From Eubacteriales bacterium (lineage in GTDB: Bacteria; Bacillota; Clostridia; Oscillospirales; CAG-272): 64,000 nt of DNA. Of this stretch, positions 9,961 to 18,009 are shown in pieces. The translations under genes and the position numbers were made by a program. The notes beneath the pieces are model-generated. The model made no database searches. It saw nothing but the letters and a program-made list of their open reading frames with translations, and was not told where the DNA came from. Location of the stretch: assembly GCA_045643945.1 (NCBI GenBank), contig JAZRGA010000009.1, positions 1,190 to 65,189 on the forward strand. Direction: 5' to 3'. How positions within the stretch are numbered: the stretch's first letter is position 1; each line of letters begins with the position of its first letter.

Positions 9961-10170
9961 ATGCTTAAAAAATCATTACGCACCGCTATATCAAGCAGTC
10001 CATTTCCTCCGCGAAAGCCTGTGCCGATTAAATACATATGTAAAAAGTGCAATAACATATGGAAGGTTGAGCGTAGATATGCATACCATCCATACTGTCG
10101 AAAATGCAAAAGCACAGACGTTATGCCCTATATAACCCACAAGGCTTTACAGGAGCAAAATAAAAAATAA
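9961..10170 (+). CDS. small zinc-ribbon protein (69 aa)
   Basis: Strong RBS GAAAGGAGAG, with the GGAG core 7 nt before the ATG. Two CxxC pairs (CKKCNN ... CRKCKS). Confidence 0.6.
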   Translation: MLKKSLRTAISSSPFPPRKPVPIKYICKKCNNIWKVERRYAYHPYCRKCKSTDVMPYITHKALQEQNKK

Positions 10171-10194
10171 AAAATAAAAAACAAAATAAAAAAG

Positions 10195-10230
10195 CATCGC
10201 TTCACCATCAATTACGATAACGAAGCGATG
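10195..10230. terminator. bidirectional terminator between convergent genes
   Basis: Stem CATCGCTTC / GAAGCGATG, flanked by an A-run on the left and a T-run on the right. Confidence 0.75.
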
Positions 10231-10248
10231 TTTTATTTTTATATTTTT

Positions 10249-11688
10249 TTAAGACTCATTAACTATTTTAATAAGAATTTCACGAAGCACCTGAGGGTCA
10301 CAGTTGCCGCGAAGGTCCTTCATACATCTACCAAAGAGAGCCATAAGAGCCTTCTCCTTGCCGCCCTTGTAATCGCTTACAGTTTTGGGGTCGGATGCAA
10401 CCACTGCGCGAACGATTTCCTCTATCTTGCCCGTATCGTTAGAAACGATATATCCGTTAGTCTCTGCGTAGCTTGCGGGGTCGATATCCTCATCAAACAT
10501 AGCCTCAAGTATCTTCTTTGCATTTGCGTGACCAACCTTACCGTCTGCAACAAGCTTAATAAGCTTACCGAGTGCCGTACCGTTTATGCTCAACATATCG
10601 GCAGTAAGCTGCTTGCGGTTAAGAATGTTCATACAGTTGGATATTATCCAGTTAGCCGCTTCCTTTGCAAGACCCGATACCTCGTAAGCCGCCTCAAAGC
10701 AATCACAAAGCGCACGGCTCTGAGTAAGGATATCGGCATCGTACTCCCCAAGACCAAGCTCGGAAATATAACGCGCCTTCTTTACTGCGGGAAGCTCAGG
10801 GAGGGATTTTTCAATTCTATCATACCATTCATCATCAATGAATATAGGCATTACGTTGGGGTCGGGGAAATAACGGTAGTCGCCTGCCGTTTCCTTATTA
10901 CGCATAGCAAAGCTCATACCCTTGATATCGTCCCAACGGCGAGTTTCCTGAACAAGCTCCTCTGTGCCGTTTTCGATAGCGTCGATATGTCTTGCGGTTT
11001 CATAAGCGATAGCGCGCTCAATTGCCGAAATAGAGTTCATATTCTTCATTTCGGTTCTAACCCCAAGCTTATCACTTCCCTCGGGACGTACCGAAAGGTT
11101 TACGTCGCAACGCATAGAGCCCTGCTCCATTCTACACTCGGAAACCTTTGCAAAGCGAAGGAGCAAGCGAAGCTGCTCGAGATAAGCAACTACCTCCTCT
11201 GCGCTATTCAAATCGGGTTGGCTTACTATTTCAATAAGCGGAACAGAGGTACGGTTGAAGTCAACGAGCGTCGTATCGGTCCAATCGTCATGAACGAGCT
11301 TACCTGCGTCCTCCTCCATATGGATTTGCTTTATACGAATAAACTTTTCGCCCTTAGAGGTTTCTATTCTAACCTTTCCGTTTACCGCAACGGGTGAAAA
11401 CCACTGTGTTGTCTGGTAAGAGCCGGGAAGGTCGGGATAATAGTAGCTCTTTTTATCAAAGGTTGTAATGCGGTTGATGTCACAGTTAAGCATCATTCCC
11501 GCAGTCATTCCAAGGTCAACAACTCTCTTATTTACAACGGGAAGCATACCCGGCATACCGCAGCAAGCGGGGCAAACGTGGTCATTCTGCTCTCCGCCAA
11601 ACTTTGCGGAGCAGGAGCAAAATATTTTTGAGTTTGTCGCCATTTCTATATGGACCTCAAGACCAATGACTGTTTCATACTTTGCCAT
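10249..11688 (-). CDS. gatB: aspartyl/glutamyl-tRNA amidotransferase subunit B
   Basis: Motifs VIGLEVH, EEDAGK, RCDVNLS and YRYFPDPN, plus a C-terminal YqeY-like tail. Start moved to MAKYETV (ATG 11688). Overlaps the gatA stop by 14 nt. Confidence 0.93.
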   Translation of the reverse strand: MAKYETVIGLEVHIEMATNSKIFCSCSAKFGGEQNDHVCPACCGMPGMLPVVNKRVVDLGMTAGMMLNCDINRITTFDKKSYYYPDLPGSYQTTQWFSPVAVNGKVRIETSKGEKFIRIKQIHMEEDAGKLVHDDWTDTTLVDFNRTSVPLIEIVSQPDLNSAEEVVAYLEQLRLLLRFAKVSECRMEQGSMRCDVNLSVRPEGSDKLGVRTEMKNMNSISAIERAIAYETARHIDAIENGTEELVQETRRWDDIKGMSFAMRNKETAGDYRYFPDPNVMPIFIDDEWYDRIEKSLPELPAVKKARYISELGLGEYDADILTQSRALCDCFEAAYEVSGLAKEAANWIISNCMNILNRKQLTADMLSINGTALGKLIKLVADGKVGHANAKKILEAMFDEDIDPASYAETNGYIVSNDTGKIEEIVRAVVASDPKTVSDYKGGKEKALMALFGRCMKDLRGNCDPQVLREILIKIVNES

Positions 11689-12871
11689 TTGCATTGACCT
11701 CCAAATCATAAAGTTCTACAAGTCCTATAAGCGCATTTTCAGAGAATGCAGGACCTACAAGCTGAACTCCGCCAAACACGATTGCGGGAAGTCCGCTAAT
11801 AGAGGCGGGAGCGATATAGCTTGCCTCGTCGAATGAAATATACTTGTTTTCCTTAACGTCGTTCTCGGTGTAAGCAGTCTTTGAGCATACAGGCATAAGA
11901 ACTGCGCCGTAGGATTCGAATATCTCCGCAAATTTCTCACAAATAACTCTGCGAATTCTCAACGCCTTATCGTAAACAGGCATATAATTTTCGGTTGAAA
12001 GCGCCTCCGAGCCAAAGAGTATCGCTGTCTTTAAAAGCTCTCCAAAAGCCTCTGTACGGCTATTTGTATAAAGCTCGTCGATATTGGTATAATTTTTAGA
12101 ACGGTAACCGTATTTGATTCCGTCATATTTAGATACGTTATTGCAAAGCTCTGCGCACATAAGCACGTTCCAAGCGGTCTTTGCGGCAAGAAGAATAGAA
12201 TCGTCTATCGGCTCAACCTCGATACCGCAATTTTTAAAGGTATCAACCACTGCGTGAAGCTTTTCTCTCGTAGAAGCATCTGCCGACTGTGCAAGCGATT
12301 TTGCAACCGCAACCTTTTTAATAGGAGTATAACGAGCCTCTGCGTTTAATCTTTGGCACTCAGCCTCGGAAAGGCTTGTTCCGTCCTTATCATCGTGACC
12401 TATAATAACATTAAGAACGTCGCGTGCGTCGGCATGGTTGTTTGCCGTTACGCAAACCGCCTCGCCCGAGCAAGCAACCGAAACAGTTCCAAATCGGGAA
12501 ACCGTTCCGTAGGTGGGCTTTATCGCAACCTGACCCGAAAGAGCCGCCGCGCGTCTTATAGCGCCACCCGCATCGAGTCCAACGCAAGCAAAAACGTCGG
12601 TGGATTTAAGAAGCTCGCTTGATTCAAGGCTCAAATTGCCATTTTCATCAAAAGTAGAGCCAAAATACGAGGTTTCACCCAAAAGTCCGAGTGAAAGCTC
12701 GCCAACATTTGATTTTCCTACGATGTCAAAGCCCGCTTTTTTCAATTTTGAAGCGACCTCGGCTTCGAAAAGGCTCTTATAACCCTCAAGCATTTTTGAG
12801 CCTGCGGTAGTGGGAAAATCGGTAGTAAGAATCATATCATCAAGAACTATTTTACAATCTGTAAAGCTCAT
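11675..12871 (-). CDS. gatA: GatA-like amidotransferase subunit A homologue, short (398 aa) with a degenerate amidase signature
   Basis: Clear GatA-like blocks TTAGSKMLEGY, KPTYGTVSRFG, GHDDKDGTS and GLPAIV. The position of the catalytic Lys (IKDN) reads LDDM, GGSSGGS reads LSLESSEL, and the nucleophile block DTGGSIR reads DAGGAIR. Confidence 0.8.
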   Translation of the reverse strand: MSFTDCKIVLDDMILTTDFPTTAGSKMLEGYKSLFEAEVASKLKKAGFDIVGKSNVGELSLGLLGETSYFGSTFDENGNLSLESSELLKSTDVFACVGLDAGGAIRRAAALSGQVAIKPTYGTVSRFGTVSVACSGEAVCVTANNHADARDVLNVIIGHDDKDGTSLSEAECQRLNAEARYTPIKKVAVAKSLAQSADASTREKLHAVVDTFKNCGIEVEPIDDSILLAAKTAWNVLMCAELCNNVSKYDGIKYGYRSKNYTNIDELYTNSRTEAFGELLKTAILFGSEALSTENYMPVYDKALRIRRVICEKFAEIFESYGAVLMPVCSKTAYTENDVKENKYISFDEASYIAPASISGLPAIVFGGVQLVGPAFSENALIGLVELYDLEVNANGKV

Positions 12872-12883
12872 ACCGATACCTCC

Positions 12884-13183
12884 TTATTCTACAAGTCTTG
12901 GCACTTGCCAATAACCGTCCATAGTTTCGGGAGCGCCTGCCTGAAGCTCCTCGCGTGTAAACTTCTTTACTACAACGTCCTCACGAACTACCGTAAGAAT
13001 CGGCATAACGTGAACCATACGCTCAACGCTCTCGGTGTCGATTGCGCAAAGTGTGTCCATTTCCGCGCGTTGCTTCTCAAAGAACGCAAGCACGTCGCTC
13101 TCCTCAGCCTCGGTAAGCTTAAGCTGATTTAGCTTTTGAAGTCGCCTTAATATATCGCTATTCATATAAAACATAAAAAGCAC
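12884..13183 (-). CDS. gatC: aspartyl/glutamyl-tRNA amidotransferase subunit C
   Basis: 99 aa, sited between aspS and gatA. GatC-like ...LTEAEESDV...VPRLVE. RBS GAGGTG lies 6 nt upstream. Confidence 0.8.
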   Translation of the reverse strand: MLFMFYMNSDILRRLQKLNQLKLTEAEESDVLAFFEKQRAEMDTLCAIDTESVERMVHVMPILTVVREDVVVKKFTREELQAGAPETMDGYWQVPRLVE

Positions 13184-13191
13184 CTCGTTTT

Positions 13192-14967
13192 TTAATCTCT
13201 AACCTTTATGTGTACCTCACGGAGCTGCTGCTCGGTAACGTTACCGGGAGCGCCCATCATAACGTCCTGTGCGTTTCCGTTAAGCGGGAATGCGATAACG
13301 TCACGAATGGTGTCCTCCTCTGCGATAAGCATTATCATTCTGTCAACACCGGGAGCCATACCTGCGTGAGGAGGCGCACCGTAGGAGAATGCAGTGTAAA
13401 GAGCGCCAAACTTAGCCTTAACGTCTTCTTCACCGTAGCCTGCTATCTCAAACGCCTTCTTCATTATTTCGGGATTATGGTTTCTAACCGCACCCGAGGA
13501 AAGCTCTACGCCGTTGCAGACGATATCGTACTGATATGCAAAAATCTCAAGCGGGTCCTTGTTAAGAAGCGCGTCCATACCGCCCTGAGGCATTGAGAAA
13601 GGATTGTGAGTAAAGTCTATCTTCTTTGCCTCCTCGTTGTATTCATACATCGGGAAGTCAACTATGAAGCAAAATTCAAAGGAATCGTTCTTAATAAGTC
13701 CAAGCTCGTTTGCAATCCACGTTCTCATTTCGCCCGCAAGCTTATTAATAACGGCAGGAGCGTCGCTGATAAAGAACAAGGAGTCACCCTCTTTAATTCC
13801 ACAAAGCTCGCAAAGCTCTGTCTTCTGCTCGTCGGTCAAGAACTTAGCAATCGGGCCCTTGAACTCGCCGTCCTCAAGCGTAATATAACCGCATCCGAAC
13901 TTCATTCCGATACTTCTTGAATAAGTGTCGATAGCCTTCTCGAAAGCCTTCTTACCGTCACCCTCACCGTCACGCTTTACAAGATAGTTAGCAACTATAC
14001 CGCGAACGAGCTTGTTCTTAAAGGGTATCGTTCTACCGTTTATCTCGTTAAATTCGTGAGTTGCAAAGAACTCTGTGAGGTCATTAATAATAAGAGGGTT
14101 ACGAAGGTCGGGCTTATCTGTACCGTATTTAAGCATAGCCTCGTTAAACGCAATACGACGGAACGGAGGCTTGCTAACCTCTTTCTTGGAAAATTCCTTA
14201 AAGGTATTGTAAACAACGGTTTCAGCTACCTCGAATACGTCCTCTTGCGTTGCAAATGACATCTCGAAGTCGAGCTGATAAAATTCTCCGGGGGAACGGT
14301 CCTGACGAGCGTCCTCATCTCTAAAGCAAGGAGCTATCTGGAAGTAACGGTCAAAGCCCGAAGCCATAAGAAGCTGCTTAAACTGCTGAGGAGCCTGAGG
14401 GAGCGCATAGAACTTGCCCTTGTGCTTACGGCTGGGAACAAGATAGTCACGAGCGCCCTCGGGAGAGGATGCGGTGAGGATAGGAGTCTGAATTTCAAGG
14501 AATCCGAGTGCCTCCATCTGCTTACGCAAATAGCTTAAAATATTTGCTCGAAGAATTATATTGTTGTGAATGTCGGGATTACGAAGGTCAAGGAAACGGT
14601 ACTTAAGTCTTACGTCCTCTCTTGTATCGGTTGAATGAGCAGGCTCAAACGGAAGAGCGAGCTGACAAGGACCGAGAATTTCAAGAGAATCAACGCGAAC
14701 CTCGATAAGACCCGTCGCAATCTTGGGGTTAACGGTATCCTCGTCACGCTTGGTAACAACACCGCAAACCGAAACAACGGTTTCACGGGTCACACCGTTA
14801 AGCAACGAATCGTTAGAAAGAACGACCTGAGTTACGCCGTAATGGTCGCGAAGGTCAACGAAAATAACGCCGCCGTGGTCACGAACAGTATCAACCCAGC
14901 CCGCAAGAGTTACGCTCTCGCCTATATGCTTGGTAGAAAGCTCGTTACAATTGTGAGTTCTTAACAT
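13192..14967 (-). CDS. aspS: aspartate--tRNA ligase (bacterial type; likely non-discriminating given the operon context)
   Basis: 591 aa class II aaRS. FRDEDARQDR is motif 2 and GAPPHAGMAPGVDR is motif 3. It has an OB-fold N-terminus. The non-discriminating call is inferred from context only. Confidence 0.93.
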   Translation of the reverse strand: MLRTHNCNELSTKHIGESVTLAGWVDTVRDHGGVIFVDLRDHYGVTQVVLSNDSLLNGVTRETVVSVCGVVTKRDEDTVNPKIATGLIEVRVDSLEILGPCQLALPFEPAHSTDTREDVRLKYRFLDLRNPDIHNNIILRANILSYLRKQMEALGFLEIQTPILTASSPEGARDYLVPSRKHKGKFYALPQAPQQFKQLLMASGFDRYFQIAPCFRDEDARQDRSPGEFYQLDFEMSFATQEDVFEVAETVVYNTFKEFSKKEVSKPPFRRIAFNEAMLKYGTDKPDLRNPLIINDLTEFFATHEFNEINGRTIPFKNKLVRGIVANYLVKRDGEGDGKKAFEKAIDTYSRSIGMKFGCGYITLEDGEFKGPIAKFLTDEQKTELCELCGIKEGDSLFFISDAPAVINKLAGEMRTWIANELGLIKNDSFEFCFIVDFPMYEYNEEAKKIDFTHNPFSMPQGGMDALLNKDPLEIFAYQYDIVCNGVELSSGAVRNHNPEIMKKAFEIAGYGEEDVKAKFGALYTAFSYGAPPHAGMAPGVDRMIMLIAEEDTIRDVIAFPLNGNAQDVMMGAPGNVTEQQLREVHIKVRD

Positions 14968-15029
14968 AAATTTTATTCCTCCAAAATTATATATCTTAAA
15001 TTATTATTTGCAATTTTAAAATAAAAATC

Positions 15030-15290
15030 AAAAAAAGATGCCAACGCCCCAAATGGGACGAAAGACATCTTCCGCGGTACCACCCATATTGACTCTAAAG
15101 CAAGAGTCCTCTTAAATCGCCGTCACGAGGCGCAAACGTGCAAGTCTAATAGCCGAATTAAACGGCGTTCTTTTGCAAGCTCCGAAGCGTTATTCACACG
15201 TTGTCCGATGCCCTTCTTCCACCAAGCGAAAGGCTCTCTGTAACCGTTCAAGCGCGCTACTCTCTCCATCATAGCCTATATATTCAATAC
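15030..15290 (-). promoter_or_regulatory. T-box riboswitch leader of aspS-gatCAB, specifier AAC (Asn)
   Basis: Read on the minus strand: GA/K-turn GATGGAGAGAGTAG, AG bay CAGAGAG, distal loop TTGGTGGAAG. The specifier loop GUGUG-AAU-AAC-G-CUUC aligns with the glyQS pattern GAA-codon-A-stem, placing the AAC codon at 15189..15191. T-box sequence AATATGGGTGGTACCGCGG lies at 15071..15089. Terminator hairpin 15036..15070 is followed by U7. Confidence 0.85.
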
Positions 15291-15296
15291 AAAGAT

Positions 15297-15325
15297 ATTA
15301 TACTATATTGTATAAAATATGTCAA
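15297..15325 (-). promoter_or_regulatory. sigma-A type promoter of the T-box/aspS operon
   Basis: TTGACA (15325..15320), 17-nt spacer, TATAAT (15302..15297). Confidence 0.7.
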
Positions 15326-15330
15326 TAGTT

Positions 15331-15368
15331 TTTTTAAAAAAAATGAAAGCCACTTTTTGGTGGCCTTC
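15331..15368 (-). terminator. rho-independent terminator after the TasA-like gene P1
   Basis: Minus-strand GAAGGCCACC-AAAAA-GTGGCTTTC followed by ATTTTTTTT. Confidence 0.75.
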
Positions 15369-15387
15369 AAATTTTGGTATTATTTTT

Positions 15388-16137
15388 TTAATTGTTGGCT
15401 GCAGCCTCGGTGTCAATACCCTCAAACTCACCCGCATAGCCGGGATTTTCCTGTCTTGACATTACCGAAACGGTAATAGCATTAGACGAGAAAACATACT
15501 TTGAGGTATTACCATCTGAAGGCATCATCGTATTGTTGTACGCGGTTATTACAAGGCGGTATTTTGCTACGATTGGCTTGTTGTTTGCGTCAGTACCGCT
15601 GCTTCCGTCGGGGTTCTTGTGAGGCTCTGTATTCGTTTTATAGGTCCAAGTTTTGATTTTATTACCGCTATTATCTATACTATCTTTCTCCTCGCAATCC
15701 TCGCCCTCAATCTTAACGTATTCCTTAGAGTCAGGGTCATAGCGATAAACCTCGTAATCGCACCAGATTCCGTCCTCAAATCTGTTTTCTCTTGCCTTAT
15801 TAATCATAGCAGTAATCTTACTGTTAAAATCAACGGTAACAAAATACTCAGCGGCAACCTCGGATGCAGAGGTTTTTACCGAAAAATCAAAGCTTTTCTT
15901 CGCCTCGGTGTAGCCTATGGGAGCGCCCGGCTCTCCGTCTACGGCAAAGTTAAACTCTATCGCTTCATCTCTCGGTGAATTCATAACCAACTCAAACACT
16001 GCGGGGCGCGCAGATGCATTAGCATCACCCTTAGAAACGTATTTTGCGTAAACGGCAGATAAAACAACCGTTGAAATCAGTGCGACAACTAAAGCAATTA
16101 TTATAATTCTTGGCAGGATTTTACTTTTGTCCTTCAT
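15388..16137 (-). CDS. secreted TasA/camelysin-like protein P1 with a SipW-cognate-like signal peptide
   Basis: 249 aa. The N-terminus MKDKSKILPRIIIIALVVALISTVVLSAVYA|KYVSKGDANASARPAVFEL has V-x-A at -3/-1. Further in are GEPGAPIG...FDFSVK...SEVAAEYFV. It has its own promoter and terminator. The family assignment rests on motif and context only. Confidence 0.6.
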   Translation of the reverse strand: MKDKSKILPRIIIIALVVALISTVVLSAVYAKYVSKGDANASARPAVFELVMNSPRDEAIEFNFAVDGEPGAPIGYTEAKKSFDFSVKTSASEVAAEYFVTVDFNSKITAMINKARENRFEDGIWCDYEVYRYDPDSKEYVKIEGEDCEEKDSIDNSGNKIKTWTYKTNTEPHKNPDGSSGTDANNKPIVAKYRLVITAYNNTMMPSDGNTSKYVFSSNAITVSVMSRQENPGYAGEFEGIDTEAAANN

Positions 16138-16212
16138 TCAAAGTCCCCCTTGCTTTCAAAATCTTAAACTGTTATAATTCATATTTATTGTGATATAACT
16201 ATACACAATACA

Positions 16213-16241
16213 ATTTTACCACAGAACTGCTTTTTTTGCAA
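16213..16241 (-). promoter_or_regulatory. sigma-A type promoter of P1
   Basis: TTGCAA (16241..16236), 17-nt spacer ending in TGG (extended -10), TAAAAT (16218..16213). Confidence 0.6.
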
Positions 16242-16302
16242 TAGTTTTTTCAAAAAATATTTATTTATTGAAGAAAAAATAAAAAAATAATAAGAAAAAC
16301 CG

Positions 16303-17460
16303 CTATTTTTTCATTTGCCGTATCGCCTTGCACAAGCTTATAACGTCGGACTCACCGTTGAAAATTCCAAAGCTTGCGCGAACGCCTCCGCTTTCCGACG
16401 TGCCAATCGCCCTATGAGCAAGAGCCGCGCAGTGAAATCCACCTCGAACACAGATGCCCTTGCTTGAAAGATAGGCGCAGACTCGCTCGCAATCGTAGCC
16501 GTCAACCGAGAAAAGAAGCACCGAGCCGCTATAATCGGGACAGTGAATTTTCACGCCCTCAATTTTTGAAAGCTCCGACCTTGCAAGCTCAAAAAGTCCT
16601 CGCTCGTGCTGCTCGATTTTCTCAATTCCTATCCCCTCAACGGCAGAAATTCCCTCACAAAGACCGAATATCGACGGCAAAGGCAGAGTTCCCGCTTCAT
16701 ATCTCTCGGGCGCATCCTCGGACATTTCACCGATAAGAGAGTCGACTCCGTTTCCGCCCTCGATAAGGGTTTGCATCTTAATTTCATCACCCAAAAGCAC
16801 CGCTCCGCACCCTTGAGGGCCAAGCAAGCCCTTGTGAGCAGGCACGCAAAGAGCGTCTATCTTCATTTTTTTGAGTGACAAGGCAAAATGACCTGCCGCC
16901 TGCGCACCGTCAACAATAAATAGCACTCCCCTTTCTCGGCAAAGCTCACCGATTTTTTCAAGAGGTAGTCTGACAGAGCAAATATTGCTTGCCGCAGTGC
17001 AGATTAGCATAGTTGTATTTCTTTGTAATTTTTTTAATATATCAAGTAAAATTTCTTCATCGTCAAGCCGAGCCTCGCCACGCATAACGGTAAAGCAATC
17101 GTAATCTATATATCCTCTTTGCGAAAGCTTGTATATTGGACGGTAGACTGCATTATGCTCGATATTTGAAATCAAAACGTGCTGACCGCGCCGCAAAAGC
17201 CCCTTTATACACATATTTATTCCCTGCGTGGTGTTCATAGTAAAAAAGGCAGAGCCGTTTTGCGGTGAGTCGAAGAATTTAGAAAGTCGCATACGGCAAT
17301 CGAAAACGCCCTCCGCCGCTTGCATAGCCGTAGAGTAGCCGCCTCGACCCGCATTTCCGCCACAGTAGAGCATATATTTTTTAACGGCATCGCAAACCGC
17401 ATAAGGCTTTGGATAAGAGGTAGCGGCGTTGTCAAGGTATATCAAGTCGTTTTTGTCCAT
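16303..17460 (-). CDS. class V aminotransferase-fold cysteine desulfurase / selenocysteine lyase-like enzyme
   Basis: 385 aa. YLDNAATS, PLP-Lys block AHKGLLGPQG, and the active-site Cys in RGGFHCA. Confidence 0.8.
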   Translation of the reverse strand: MDKNDLIYLDNAATSYPKPYAVCDAVKKYMLYCGGNAGRGGYSTAMQAAEGVFDCRMRLSKFFDSPQNGSAFFTMNTTQGINMCIKGLLRRGQHVLISNIEHNAVYRPIYKLSQRGYIDYDCFTVMRGEARLDDEEILLDILKKLQRNTTMLICTAASNICSVRLPLEKIGELCRERGVLFIVDGAQAAGHFALSLKKMKIDALCVPAHKGLLGPQGCGAVLLGDEIKMQTLIEGGNGVDSLIGEMSEDAPERYEAGTLPLPSIFGLCEGISAVEGIGIEKIEQHERGLFELARSELSKIEGVKIHCPDYSGSVLLFSVDGYDCERVCAYLSSKGICVRGGFHCAALAHRAIGTSESGGVRASFGIFNGESDVISLCKAIRQMKK

Positions 17461-17675
17461 CTTCTCACCTTAACCCCCGTATTCATCAAAATATGCTCAA
17501 TATTTTCACTTTGAGCGCATATAAAGGAAAGACCGTAAACGCAACCACGGTTTGACGAGGAATTAGTTTTTATAACGGTTGTCGGTATAGCGGACTCGGC
17601 TAAGATACGTTGCGCGCGCATCGATTGAGTCATAGAGCCTATCTCGGCAACACATTCACTGTAAAAATCATTCAA
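17442..17675 (-). CDS. DUF3343-like small protein (putative S/Se carrier partner of the desulfurase)
   Basis: 77 aa. Overlaps the desulfurase start by 19 nt. The pattern ...AQRILAESAIPTTVIKTNSS..RGCVYGLSF... resembles DUF3343 as I recall it. RBS is GGAGGTGAAAGG. Confidence 0.55.
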   Translation of the reverse strand: MNDFYSECVAEIGSMTQSMRAQRILAESAIPTTVIKTNSSSNRGCVYGLSFICAQSENIEHILMNTGVKVRRWTKTT

Positions 17676-17788
17676 GCCCTTTCACCTCCTCATTATATAG
17701 TATGCGATAATCGAATTTGAGTGAATATTTTTTAGACGGATGAGGTGGAAAAAGCTTCGAATTTTGCCTTTCTTCATTCATAACGCCT

Positions 17789-17893
17789 ACGGCTACACCT
17801 CACCACCTGCTACGCAGGAGCCGTCTCGCTGCGGCTCGGTCACGCTACGGCTCTAACAGTCCACCGGACTGTTATTCACTACCGTAGCGCCGC
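17789..17893. other. GC-rich nested-hairpin intergenic element (possible small RNA or REP-like element)
   Basis: Hairpin A: ACGGCT (17789-94) pairs with AGCCGT (17819-24), with inner CCTGC-tac-GCAGG. Hairpin B: GCGG (17831-34) pairs with CCGC (17890-93), CGCTACGG (17843-50) pairs with CCGTAGCG (17882-89), and the inner hairpin is CAGTCC-acc-GGACTG (17857-71). The element sits in an otherwise AT-rich spacer. Confidence 0.4.
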
Positions 17894-17964
17894 TTCGCTA
17901 CCTCAAGGAGAAGCCTTTTATGTGCAGTGCTAACACAGTTATAATTTTGAAGAAAACTAATTAC

Positions 17965-17998
17965 GCAAAAAAGAGAGGCGCAAAACCTCTCTTTTTTA
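17965..17998. terminator. bidirectional terminator (terminates sipW1 on the minus strand)
   Basis: AAAAAAGAGAGG-cgcaaaa-CCTCTCTTTTTT. Confidence 0.85.
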
Positions 17999-18009
17999 AT
18001 TCTAACAGA

